DNA from: Octopus vulgaris
Lineage: Eukaryota
NCBI GenBank assembly: GCA_951406725.2
Contig: OX597816.1
Span: forward strand, 46,438,001 to 46,502,000
Length of the DNA stretch: 64,000 bases
Direction: 5' to 3'
This document shows, piece by piece, positions 1 to 12,365 of this stretch. The notes below the pieces were generated by a model. The model saw nothing but the letters and a program-made list of their open reading frames with translations. It was not told where the DNA came from and made no database searches. A program made the position numbers and the translations under genes. The stretch's first letter is position 1; each line of letters starts with the position of its first letter.

Positions 1-17
1 ACGCACACGCACACACA

Positions 18-67
<50 letters not shown>

Positions 68-881
68 CCAGTGATAATATTAATTTTTGTATGTAATACG
101 TGGGCGTGACCAGGATTTCGACCAAGGGCTCTCGATTATGAAAATTGATCCATATAATTGAGCCACGTAATCTGCGAAAAATGTAAAATTAAATGAAATG
201 GTAAATGATAATTATATTTGATTAGAACTGCGAGAGGAGAAGCTTCGTCCGAACTTGTCGACTCACCATTCTGACTGCGTATTGTATAATTGTATTCTGA
301 GAAGCCTCAATTTTCAAAATATTTTAACTGGTATGGCTATGAGTGAATACCATTAATTACATGTTGGGTTCTGCTAACCAGGAAACACCTAATCCAGTTT
401 AGGAATACCACAGTCAATACTGTCGAAGGCCTTGTTGAAATTATTGGATAATCTGTGTCCAAACGCTTAGATTAATCTGTGTGAACGCTTTCACAAAATA
501 CAGATCACGTTGTCTAAGAAATGATGAAGTTGTATTACACAACTTCATCATGCTAGAATGACATACTAGTTCGGACTTTAAAGATGCAGTTGTCTTTTAA
601 GAATTAGGATCTCGCGGAGAGAATACAAATCCTTAATTCATACTCTATACAGTATCAGGGAGTATAAAAATCTGATACTTTCCTTCACAACGTTGCTACA
701 AAGTAGGTGGCCGGTCAAAATTTGCTGTATATATATGCATATATATATTCTTTTATACGTTTATATGTTTCAGCCTTGAGGCTGCGGCCATACTATATAT
801 ATATATATATACATATATATATGTATGTATATATATTTATATATATATATGTATATATACATATACATATATATATGTATG

Positions 882-916
<35 letters not shown>

Positions 917-952
917 ATGCATATATGTATATATGCATATGTATATATATGT

Positions 953-1014
<62 letters not shown>

Positions 1015-1023
<9 letters not shown>

Positions 1024-1267
1024 TATTAGAGACAAAACCACTATTTTGCAAAACAAACAAGGAAAGACTTAATCAATACATAAAATTTTAATAAATAGTC
1101 AATATTTATTAAAATTTTATGTATTGATTAAGTCTTTCCTTGTTTGTTTTGCAAAATAGTGGTTTTGTCTCTAATAATATTTTATAATATTTTACTATAA
1201 AATTGGATTTAATCCTAAATCTGATTTTTTCCCTGTAAATTTGGATTTATTCCCTAATATTTATTAT

Positions 1268-1270
<3 letters not shown>
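1015..1270. mobile_element. Fold-back element in (TA)n, probable PLE terminus
   Basis: Arms ~1015-1097 and ~1103-1186 plus a tail to 1270. A single arm recurs at 26643-26726. Confidence 0.6.
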
Positions 1271-1301
<31 letters not shown>

Positions 1302-1791
1302 TGTATGTATATACATACATATGTATATACATATATGTATGTATATGTATATATATGCATATATATATATGTATATATGAATGTATATGTATGTATGTAT
1401 GTATATGTATGTATGTACGCACACATACGTACATATATATGCACACACACACACACACACACACGCACGCTTACACACACACACACATACACACGCGCGC
1501 GCACGTCACCTGAGAAAATTTTTGCCGACACGTGTAAGATTATTGATCCAATAATCTACATTGACCCGAATTTCACCCAAAATGACTAACTCCAATCCCG
1601 TCACACCCACACCTCTTAACGAAAGCTGATTTCGTTTCCCCAAACATAATAAGTGACTTTATTACCACTAGGACGGCGGAGTGGATTGGCTTAAGCATTA
1701 GAGCGTCGAACAAAATGCTCCGCAGCATCTTTTCTAGTTCTTCATGTTCTAAGTTCAAATTTCGCTGAGGTCAACTTTTCCTTTTCCTTTA

Positions 1792-1917
1792 CTTCCTAAC
1801 CACATGGTTCCGGGTTCGGTCCCAATGTACCTTCCAACGCAATTATCTTCTACTATAGCCGCGGACCGATCAAAGCCCTGTGAGTGGATTTGATTGACGG
1901 AAATTGAAAGAAGCTCA

Positions 1918-1968
<51 letters not shown>

Positions 1969-2215
1969 TGTGTGTGTTTGTGTGTGTGTGTGTGTGTGCG
2001 CGCGTGCGCGCATATGTCTTTGTGTCTGTGTTTGTTCCACACTCGATAATTAGTGTTAGTGTATTCACGTTCCCGTAAACTAGCGGTTCGACAATAGAGA
2101 CCGATAGTGTATATACCAGGTTTTAAAAAATGTACTGGGGTCGATTCGTTCAACTAAAAAGTCTTCAAGGCGGTGCCCCAGCATGGCGGCAGTCTAATGA
2201 TTGAAACAAGTAACA
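1792..2215 (+). mobile_element. SINE family A
   Basis: Homologous to 10788-11190, 5' truncated. Confidence 0.85.
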
Positions 2216-2221
2216 GATAAG

Positions 2222-2395
2222 ATACCAGTGTATACTCGCAATACCAGAGGGCGCACACTCTCCTACCCTGATGTAATCTCCAGGGATACAGGCATCCAGC
2301 AACAGGACCTCCGTAATGGCATGATGGACCGTGAAGTCTGGCGTAGCATGGTAAATTCCATTGTCTCGACCACGGTCGAACAATGATGATGATGA
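2222..2395 (+). mobile_element. 3' end of RTE/RTE-X LINE
   Basis: RGRTLSYPDVISRDTG..DLRNGMMDREVWR followed by a (TGA)n tail. Confidence 0.8.
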
Positions 2396-2494
2396 GTGTA
2401 TATATATATATATATATATATATATGACCTCGTGTGTACCGTTGGCGATTTTTTTCCCTCTGTCTTCCCTTCTCTGGATCTTTTCTTCTCCTAT

Positions 2495-2529
2495 GTTTCC
2501 AACGAAGAGCTCCGCTCGAAACGTTAAAC
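2495..2529 (+). ncRNA. Second copy of the minimal hammerhead (mutated core CCAACGA)
   Basis: Same family as 11210-11395; both copies have (TA)n on both sides. Confidence 0.55.
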
Positions 2530-2623
2530 CCTCCTTCTTTCCTTCTTTCCTGAGCATCCAATAATACTATATTTGTTCCACGTCCTCGCGTTGTTGTGTT
2601 TTTTTGTGCTTTCTTGTTTGGAT

Positions 2624-2654
<31 letters not shown>

Positions 2655-3164
2655 TGTCCTGTATTCTATTTTTTTGTTGTTGTTTTTAAATATATGTCCA
2701 GTTCCTTTGGTTTGTGTCTATGTTTTCGTTTCTCATTGTGTTCGACGTCCTTTTGGTGTCCTGTACTCATATATGCGTGTATATATACATGTAGAGGTAG
2801 GTACGTACATATATGTTTATATATATGCATATGTTTTATTTTATTTATTAATATATATATGCATGCATGTGTGTATGTTTATGCATGTGAGTGAGTATAT
2901 ATCTGTTTAGATAAGATTTGTTTCTGTACTTTTGTATGTCGTCGAGGTCGACTCTGCGTTTCATCCTTTCGGGGTCAATAAAATAAGTACCAGTTCAGCA
3001 ATGGGGTGGATACCCTTAACTAACCTGGCCCTCCAAAATTTCAAGCCTTGTGCCTACAGTAGAAAGGATTATAAAAGGGCAGTCTTTCTAGAAACTAGTC
3101 AGATCGATTCAGTTAAACCTAACATGAGCAACAATAATAGTTACTACTACTATTTTACTATTTA

Positions 3165-3360
3165 CTATCTTACTATTTTACTTGTTTCAGTCATTTGAAT
3201 GTGGCCATGCTGGAGCACCGCCTATGGTCGAAAATATCGACTCCAGGACTTATTCTTTGTAAGCCTAGTACTTATTCTGTCGGTCTCTTTTACCGAAACG
3301 CTAAGTTACAGGGACGTAAACACACCACCATCGGTTGTCAAGCGATGTTGGTAGGGACAA

Positions 3361-3442
<82 letters not shown>

Positions 3443-3597
3443 TACTGGCTTTTTTTCAGTTTCTGTCTACCAAATCCACTCACAAGGGTTTGGTCGGCCC
3501 GAGGCTATAGTAGAAGACACTTGCCCAAGGTTCCACGCAGTGGGACTGAACCCGGAACCCTGTGGTTCGTAAGCAAGCTACTTACCACACAGCCACT
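3165..3597 (-). mobile_element. SINE family A
   Basis: Reverse-complement homology to family A. Confidence 0.9.
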
Positions 3598-3860
3598 CAC
3601 GTTTTGCTTATCTTTATTTGCTTTCCCTCTCTTTCTCTATTTTTGTTTTTGTGTTTCTGCGTAGTCCCATAGTAACTAACAAGCTGATTTGCTCTGCTGC
3701 ACTGGGGGAATATGTATAGAATTGATTTGTTTCGTGCAAGATGTCGCATAAACACAACAAATAATAACTAATCGACGAACAAAATAAATCCTCTCAATAT
3801 GAAATTTTAACTTCAATCCATAATTATTTTGAAAACACGAAAACTTAAAATCATAAAATA

Positions 3861-4398
3861 CAGGGTGTCCCCAACAAATTGGCATCATTTGAAATGTGAA
3901 CCTCTGAGTAACTACACGTCCGTGGCAAACGAAATAAAATAGGCTTCATGTTGAACAAAAGACTTATCAAAATTTGAACATGAGACTCCGAGGATGTAGA
4001 TTTTTTATAACCGATTTCACAATGCTTCACAAATGTTCAATATGCGCACCGCCTGTGACACGACACACGTCTAGTCGGTAATCCAGCTCCTGCCAAACAC
4101 GCTGTAGGATGTCTTACGTAATATTCACCAGCTCCTCAGTGATTCTCTGCTTGAGTTCCTCTAGGCTTGTTGGAAGAGGGGGTGATAAAAATTGTCCTTA
4201 TATATAGCCCCATAGAAAAAAATCATAAGGTGTAAAGTCAGGGGAATATGGTGGCCAATTCGATACCACATTGTCATTATCACTGGCATAGCCTAAGCTT
4301 AATTTTTATACATTTTGTTAAACTCTGAGATCATTTGAGCGAAAATTGGATATGTTATTAAGACAACGAAATGATGTCAATTTTGGAGGGACATCCTG
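3861..4398 (-). mobile_element. Internally deleted Tc1/mariner-superfamily transposon
   Basis: TA-CAGGGTGTCCCC...GGGACATCCTG-TA termini; minus strand encodes WPPYSPDFTPYDFFLWGY...LEELKQRI...GGAHIEHL. Confidence 0.85.
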
Positions 4399-4678
4399 TA
4401 TATAATCATGCAACGAATCCCCGCTCACGAAAATTACTTGTCTTGTGCCACAGTTTAAAACAGGATTGTTACTATTACCGTAATACAATATATTGATATT
4501 ACTGTCAGGTTTGTAAAGGTGACACAGATGGTGACGCGTTGAACAGTAAATTGACTTCGTTGATGAGTGGCCGAGTGAGCTTTGATACTGCATTTTATGC
4601 TACGCTTGGTCTGCAGGAAATATTACTATATTCAGTTCAATAGACAACAGCTGCTCTATGAGTGAGTGTATGTTTGTT

Positions 4679-4722
<44 letters not shown>

Positions 4723-5309
4723 TGTGTGCGTGCGCAGATGTGTGTGTGTGCGTGCGTGCGTGCGCAGATGTGTGTATATATGTTATGCGAATCAAATTTA
4801 CACAGGGTCAAGTAGTCACCAATTGACTGGTACCCAAATAGCGTAGCCGGCTTTTAATTGACAATTCATTATTACCTTCTACCGACCCTGAAGATTTACA
4901 CGCAACACCAATATGTATTTAGACACGCATACCTATGAATGTATATACATGATTGTAATGTATATAAGAATATTTAACAAAATAAAACAGATATCGGAAA
5001 TGCGACTTTAATATATTAGCTACACACAGACAAAAAGAAAAACATGGAATGCCTTATGTTTCGGTCCTTTTTGTCTTTCATCAGAGAGGAAAAAAGGAAA
5101 ACAAACGGTAAAACAAGAAGAGAGATAGTAATATGTGTGTCGGATAAAATGCTTAGCTGTATTTCATTCGTCTTTGCATTCTGAGTTCAAATTTCGCCGG
5201 GGTCAACTTTCTAGGTTTTTCTGCAAATTTGTATGCATGTATGTATGTATGTATGTATGTATGTATGTATGTATGTATGTATGTATGTATGTATACTTGC
5301 TTTTTATTA

Positions 5310-5706
5310 TTTTTCCTTGTTTCAGTCATTTGACTGCAACCGTACTGGCGCATCGCCTTGAAGGGTTCTTAATCGAAGAAATCGATCCCAGGACTTATTC
5401 TTTGTTAGCCTTAGTACTTATTCTATCGGTCTCTTTTGCCAAACCGATAAGTTACGAGTACCTAAGTACACCAACACCGTTTGTCAAGAAGTGATTGGGA
5501 GACAAGCAGATACAAAGACACGCACGTAAATATATACATATATGTATATACGATGGGCTTCTTTCAGTTTCCGACCACCTAATCCACTCACAAGGCTTTG
5601 GTCGGTCCGAGGCTACAAGTAAAAGACACTTGCCCAAGGTGTCATGCAGTGGACTGAACCTGGAACCATGTGGTTTGTAAGCAAGCTACTTACCACACAA
5701 CCACAC
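5310..5706 (-). mobile_element. SINE family A
   Basis: Reverse-complement homology to family A. Confidence 0.85.
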
Positions 5707-6142
5707 CTTAATTAGATACTTGCATAAGTTTCGACCAGAATTGACTCGGGACATGACTTACTTGATAGCACCACTTGGAAAAGATATTCAATGATGTTTC
5801 ATATTGCAGTCGTTCTTTTTGACACCATAGGCCATTTGCGCAAAGAGCTATTGTCGTATCTCCGAGTGTAGGTGATTTGTCTGGAATTTGTTGGAGATCT
5901 TCGTCCAGTAACCGTATTTCTCTTATTTGTCTTCGCATGGATGTGAAAGAGAGGAGGGCTAAGGTAAAATGGTTTTTAGTGTTGTGATAAAATGCATGAT
6001 TTCTACATATATTTTTGCATACATACATACATGCATGCATACATACATACATACATACATACATACATACATACATACATACATACATACATACATACAT
6101 ACATACATGTATATATATGTGTGTGTGTATATATATATATAT

Positions 6143-6181
<39 letters not shown>

Positions 6182-6447
6182 CAAATATACATATGTATAT
6201 ATACATATACATATATATATATATATATATGCGTGTGTGTGTGTACGCACACACACACACACACACAGATACTAACAACACACACAAACACTGATATTAT
6301 CACATACACACATACTGACCATCTTTGCACTTTCCTGTTTCCCCCGCCCATAAAAACACTTTCGCTATCTCTTTCTGCTTCCGGTCACTTCAGCAATGTA
6401 GTTACACACGTCCTGTTGGCGGCTTCTTTTGGACTCTTCTCTTTCTT

Positions 6448-6481
6448 CTTTCCGACGAAGAACTATACTCGAAACGTCAAG
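6448..6481 (+). ncRNA. Minimal hammerhead motif, CCGA core, related family
   Basis: cttt-CCGACGA-agaactatactc-GAAACGTC-aag; the element ends at (TA)n near 6510. Confidence 0.55.
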
Positions 6482-6505
6482 CTCTCTCTCTTTTCAACCG
6501 AGCGT

Positions 6506-6555
<50 letters not shown>

Positions 6556-6787
6556 ATTTCTTTACTACCCACAAGGAGCTAAACACAGAGGGGACAAACA
6601 AGGACAGACAAACGGATTAAGTCGATTACATCGACTCCAGTGCGTAACTGGTACTTAATTTATCGACCCCGAAAGGATGAATGGCAAAGTCGACCTCGGC
6701 GGAATTTGAACTCAGAACGTAACGGCAGACGAAATACGGCTACGCGTTTCGCCCTGCGTGCTAACGTTTCTGCCAGCTCGCCGCCTT
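6556..6787 (-). mobile_element. SINE family C
   Basis: Head AAGGCGGCGAGCTGGCAGAAACGTTAG, B box GAGTTCAAATTCC, central (C)ATTCATCCTTTCGGGGTCGATAAATTAAGTACCAG. About 20 copies or fragments in the window. Confidence 0.9.
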
Positions 6788-8018
6788 TATATATATATGT
6801 ATGTGTGTGTACATGCGCACGCGCGCACACACACACATTCACACACACACACATATTCATCTTACAAATAAATATAGTCAGGAATACATGAATTCCTATT
6901 TCCTAGCTTCCTTTCTATGCAAATTAGAAATTTCTTGATGTAACATGATTTTTATAGAAAAATGTGTGTGTATATGTATATATAAATAAATATATATGTG
7001 TGTGTTTGTGTTCTTTAATAAACTACTGCGACCCCGTTGTATTATGTGTGCTTGTGTGTATTTGTGTGTGTGTGAGTGTGTGTGTATGTGAGTGTGTTGT
7101 GTATAAAATGTTTCTTAAAGAAGAAAAAATGTTGTATCGATCAAATGATATTATTTATAAATATGAAAAAAGCTCTTAATATATATTTTATTTATATACA
7201 TACATATATTTATTTATATTATTATTTATTTACATACAGTGAAAGGGCGAAGTTCGCAGCTTTCATAATTTGCTTCAACAGCGACATCAGTGCTGAGAAA
7301 TAAACCTTTCTTTGCGTTATTTATAATGCATTTTTTTCATTTCTTTTTTCATCTTAAAATAAATATATAAATAAATTTATAATATATATTAATATTATAA
7401 AAAATAAATATAAAAAATAAAAAGATTGTATATGTATGCGTATGTGTGTGTATGTGTGGTGTGTATATATGGAAGCAGTTTGTGCGAGTGCGTGTGTAAC
7501 GACAATTTATTTTTTGTCATTCCTTTTTTATTGATATTCTTTGTATTTATATACATAATATACATAATTATATTTTGTCGACAACAGTATCCCTCTCTCT
7601 TTTTCTTTCTCTCTCTCCCTCACAGACGCGCAAGCACACTCATACAAATGCACTCGCTCACACACATACACGATGTACATTCAATATACTTTTACTTACA
7701 TTGCGTACATTGTAAACGCGCAATTTTATCCCATACATTATGAAAAATGTATGGGATAATGAAGTGTATGAAAGCGTATGTTTTGCGACTGAGAGCTTTC
7801 GAGTTGATAATACTTTTTTTTTATTTATTTGTCGTCGCCTCATTCTCATATGTTCTCCCTCATTCCACCTACGTAAATATATCCATCTACTTACAAAACA
7901 TACGCGCATTCATATGTGCATACATACATTTGTGCATGCATACATGTATACATACAAACACATACTCACACACATATTATATACACATAAGCGCATCATT
8001 TATGTGTATGTATGTATG

Positions 8019-8052
<34 letters not shown>

Positions 8053-8086
8053 TGTATGTATGTATGTATGTATGTATGTGTGTGTG

Positions 8087-8117
<31 letters not shown>

Positions 8118-8118
8118 G

Positions 8119-9337
8119 AATAAATAAATGGAGTTTAACGCAGGTGTAATGAAATATTTTTACTTTCGACACATGTTTCGAAAATTCCACTGATACTATT
8201 CAAAAGAATAAATGGTATAAACAATGCAATCTTCTCCTCAGGAAAGTGAAAAAAACGAAACTCGTCAATAAGACATTTTAGCAAAAAAATGATGGATTTG
8301 TATAGCGATTGACAGAACGCTATTAATATTGTTTAAAAAAACGTTATATGATATAACGTCATAAGTAGCTAACAGAAAGAGTAGGGATATTAATAGTGAA
8401 TGTTAAATATAAAGGAAATTAAAGTTTAAATTATATATAATGATAGAGACTACTTATATGCACTAAATGTATGTTTTTGCCAATGCTTACATCTGTATGC
8501 TCGCTCTATAACCGTGTTTACTAGAGTATTTTTAGAAAAAATAATGAAAAATAGCTCAGAATTGCGGAGAAGACAGAATTTCTTGCCTTTGTCATATGGT
8601 ATCGAAATTGAGAGAATCAACCATTCTAAATGAAATTGTTCATTGTGGTCTTTTAAATCCCAAATCAGTTTGCTGAGACCGGTACTATTCCGTTTATTTC
8701 TATCCCTAAATGTTGAGTAATGGATAGAAATTCTTTTAGATAACTCTAACGATGTGCTTCCAATGTAAAATCGTACTTTATTACGAGTACTGATTATACA
8801 CTGGTATATAGAATTTTTAATCTTAGAGTTACTTGACATAAACTTATTCTATTGGAATTGACTTCAGATACAGTAACCTTGTTATTAATATTTCTAGAGG
8901 GTTGGATGGTATTAGCTAAATTAATGTTAGTATTAGTAAATGTATTAATATTTAACAGTTTGTTATTATGAGAAGAGATAATTTGCAAGAGATTTTTTGT
9001 GTTTGAAAAACCTATCCTAACCTTATGTGAATTGATAATAGAGTAATATCTAGAATTGTTTGGATCATTCCTAGCAATAGCTTGACGAAACAGCAGTGGG
9101 AGATTAGATTTAATTTGTCTCCCGTAAGGAATTATTAACCAAATATTTTTACTAGTATTCATAGCGTAATTACTTTTGAAGGTGTTATATTTACTTTTAG
9201 ATCGATAATAGGGGATTAAATAAGGGTTATCTGCCTTCATTCGCTTTGTATCGGTGCGTAAGTTATGTTTGTTATCAATAATTCTTTTACGACTAGAAAT
9301 CTTATCTACATTATTGAATTTACAATTAGACTGAGCC
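8119..9337 (-). mobile_element. Degenerate 5'-truncated Penelope-like element (GIY-YIG, frameshifted)
   Basis: ORFs 8794-9441 (KVRIGFSNTKNLLQIISSHN) and 8450-8839 (SIYQC...FYIGST...STGLSKLIWDLK...CLLRNSE) are homologous to the 44.6 kb PLE ORF. The 3' UTR holds a hammerhead and abuts (TA)n. Confidence 0.85.
8162..8247 (-). ncRNA. Type I hammerhead ribozyme motif
   Basis: actttc-CTGAGGA-gaa...ttc-GAAAC atgt GTC-gaaagt: canonical core, 6 bp stem I. Confidence 0.8.
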
Positions 9338-9785
9338 GATATATGTGAGTGGATTTGGTAGACGGAAACTAAAAGAAGCCCATCGTATTTATGTATGTAT
9401 ATATATGTATGTTTGTGTGCCTGTGTTTGTCCCCCCAACATCGCTTGACAACCTATACTGGTGTATTTACGTCCCCGTAACTTCGCGGTTCAGCAAAAGA
9501 GACTGATAGAATAAGTACTAGACTTACAAATATAAGTTCATGTGGTCGATTTGCTCGACTAAAGGCGGTGCTCCAGCATGGCCACAGACACATGACTGAA
9601 CCAAGTGAAAGAGTAAAAGAGATATAAGGTATGAGAGGTATTGGTGTCAGGTAATGCTGGGTAAGTGCTATGGACAGACTATATATAGTTAAGCTCCAGG
9701 TTCGATAATGATACGAATGAGGAGTCCAACTTAGGCTGTGTATTAAGCATATATAAGAATTAACAGGTAAACATTTTCTCGCACC

Positions 9786-9833
9786 GTCTCTGATGAAGGG
9801 ATATATAAAATATCCCGGGAACAGCTGTAAGAC
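9786..9833 (+). ncRNA. Hammerhead motif with one core substitution
   Basis: gtct-CTGATGA-a-gggatat ataaa atatccc-g-GGAAC agct GTA-agac. Palindromic stem III ACAGCTGT; GGAA replaces GAAA. Confidence 0.65.
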
Positions 9834-10189
9834 CTTCTCTTTATAAATGTTCTGAAAACTATTCACAACCTTTGATTTTTGGTCTCATTCTGTTAATTGA
9901 TATATATATATCAATAATTAATATTATCAAAGGGTAATCGGAAATACTAGAAATTTCCATTACTAGTGGCCTAGCGTGTAAAACTTTAGCCAATAGACTA
10001 TATATTATTCATATAAATACAGTGTACATTTAAACACATAAGAGGTAGCCATCATAGGACTGCCAGCATATTTATTTACTGGCGACAGGAAGCTGCGCTT
10101 GCGCGGCACATTAAAAAAGTTAGAATGTGTAAGCACGGGGCATATACTGGATTGCCTCGTGTATATATATATATTTAATCTAAGGTGTA

Positions 10190-10262
10190 CCTGCTGAAGA
10201 AAGCTTCGCCTAGCAAATTATTTTATTTGCTAAAAAAAAAAGTCTGAAAACATTGGTCCAGG
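10190..10262 (+). ncRNA. Degenerate hammerhead motif inside inverted repeat ~10010-10410
   Basis: cctg-CTGAAGA-...-GAAAacattgGTC-cagg with stem I cctg/cagg. Confidence 0.55.
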
Positions 10263-10396
10263 AGTTAGATGGTAAATGTTTTTATTTTTCATTCCTTTCG
10301 ATTTTTATCCCTAATAGTGGTTCGGAATTTAACTGTCCTCTCTAGCGTGTAGGTAGTCCTATCATAGCTACTTCTTATGTGTTTAAATGTACACTG

Positions 10397-10446
<50 letters not shown>

Positions 10447-10747
10447 AGAATTTTTTGCGTAATAAGATAAAAAACCAAGGCTGTACAGATATTAGAGCAT
10501 TTATAGATATAAGAGCTGTATAGATATTAGAGCATTTATATCTATCTATAAATGCTATAATATCTATACAGCCTTGGGTTTTTTTAACTTATTATGCAAA
10601 AAATTCTTATATACACACGCTGACATAGAACCAACGTTCAACCCTTTATTCGCTACAATACTGAATCTGATTGTCTGTCTACAGCACTTATTCAGCATTA
10701 CCTGACACCTTTGGGTCTCAATGACACCCTTATCTCTTATAACCTCA

Positions 10748-10787
<40 letters not shown>

Positions 10788-10789
<2 letters not shown>

Positions 10790-11190
10790 CGCAGGAGTGG
10801 CTGTGTGGTAAGTAGCTTGTTTACCAACCACATGGTCCCGGGTTCAGTCCCACTGCGTGGTACCTTGGGCAAGTGTCTTCTACTATAGCCTCGGGCCGAC
10901 CAAAGCCTTGTGAGTGGATTTGGTAGACGGAAACTGAAAGAAGCCCGTCGTATATATGTATATATATATGCGTGTGTGTGTGTGTGTCTGTGTTTGTCCC
11001 CCTAGCATTGCATGACAACCGATGCTGGTGTGTTTATGTCCCCGTTACCTAGCGGTTCGGCAAAAGAGACCGATAGAATAAGTACTGGGCTTACAAAAAG
11101 AATAAGTCCCGGGGTCGAGTTGCTCGATTAAAGGCGGTGCTCCAGCATGGCCGCAGTCAAATGACTGAAACAAGTAAAAGAGTAAAGAGT
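10788..11190 (+). mobile_element. tRNA-derived SINE family A, full length
   Basis: Head GGCGCAGGAGTGGCTGTGTGGTAAG (A box), GGTTCAGTCC (B-box-like), internal (TA)/(TG) tract, tail GACTGAAACAAGTAAAAGAG. More than 20 copies in the window. Confidence 0.9.
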
Positions 11191-11264
11191 ATATATATAT
11201 ATATATATATTTGACCGCGTGTGTACCATTGGCGATTTTTTTCCTCTGTCTTCCCTTCTCCTAT

Positions 11265-11299
11265 GTTTCCGACGAAGAGCTCCGCTCGAAACGTTAAAC
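11265..11299 (+). ncRNA. Minimal hammerhead motif, CCGA core
   Basis: gttt-CCGACGA-a-gagc tcc gctc-GAAACGTT-aaac, with loopless palindromic stem III ACGT. Confidence 0.7.
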
Positions 11300-11390
11300 C
11301 CTCCTTCTTTCCTTCTTTCCCGAGCGTCCAATAATACTATATTTGTTCCACGTCCTCGCGTTGTGTTTTTTTGTGCTTTCTTGTTTGGAT

Positions 11391-11454
<64 letters not shown>

Positions 11455-11638
11455 TACATACGCACAAATACGCACTTGTACATATATAAATAGATACAAG
11501 GAACTGACGCATTCTGTCAATTGTGAGGAGTGTTCCAGTCGATCCCCGCTCAACGGAACAGCCTACTCGAGAAATTAGTGTGAAAGTGGCTCAGCACTCC
11601 ACAGACACGCGTACCCTTACTTAGCGTTGTTCTCAGGA

Positions 11639-11700
<62 letters not shown>

Positions 11701-11913
11701 ATATAGGATAAAATTTTTTTCGGGAAAAATTTTTTATCAATGGCCAGCATATCAAAAAATGCCTTTAAAGGTAAAATTTATACATAATTTACAAGGTAAG
11801 GGCAGAAGAAAAATTCTAATGCCAGATACGCCGAAAACAAAAAAATTATCGATAACCATTAAATTTATGCGTCTCGAAACAAACCGATAGAAACCTTTAA
11901 AAAATTCGTTATT

Positions 11914-11970
11914 ACCGTATTGGTCCAATTTCGGGGTTAATTCACAAGAAATTTTCCCCTCTTCAGCGGC
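11914..11970 (-). ncRNA. Canonical type I hammerhead motif
   Basis: gccg-CTGAAGA-gggg...cccc-GAA-ATTGG a CCAAT-A-cggt, with all three stems and the core intact. Lies between inverted repeats 11781-11831 and 11978-12028. Confidence 0.85.
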
Positions 11971-12041
11971 TCATACGCGTATCTGGCATTAGAATTTTTC
12001 TTCTGCCCTTATCTTGTAAATTATATATATATATATATATA

Positions 12042-12365
12042 TACTAACAGTATCGCCCGGCGTTGCTCAGGTTTGTTTCGACCTTTTAGAATTGGAATTT
12101 TTGAAAAGTAAAATTTTGCATTATGTAGCTAGTTAGTTTTCTGACATTTTTCTGGTTGAAATGCACCGAGAAATGGCAACACAGCAGTCAAAAAATCGTA
12201 AATAATATGAATTTTCATAGAAAAAAAAAGCACCTTTTTGATGTAAATAATTTTTGGTCTTAACATGGTCCGATTTGAATTTTATCTTCTACGGAATGAA
12301 GAGCCAGCCTTCTATCATACTCTCAATTTTGGTCAACTTGCGCCGCAGGGTCTCGGAGAAGATAG
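12042..12365 (+). mobile_element. Helitron/Helentron-type non-autonomous element (putative)
   Basis: Starts tactaacagtatcgcccggcgttgctcagg, a typical ACTAG plus CCCG..CGGG hairpin end. Similar degenerate ends at ~58085-58098(-) and ~60515(+). Confidence 0.5.

Noticed and set aside
98-176. tRNA-like sequence on the minus strand
   Set aside because: The stems do not pair; at most a decayed SINE head.
707-1589. Many overlapping ORFs rich in Y/I/C/V/H/T (also at 5.7-8.1, 14.5-16, 21-22 and 62-64 kb)
   Set aside because: They are translations of (TA)n, (CA)n and (CATA)n microsatellites that lack stop codons.
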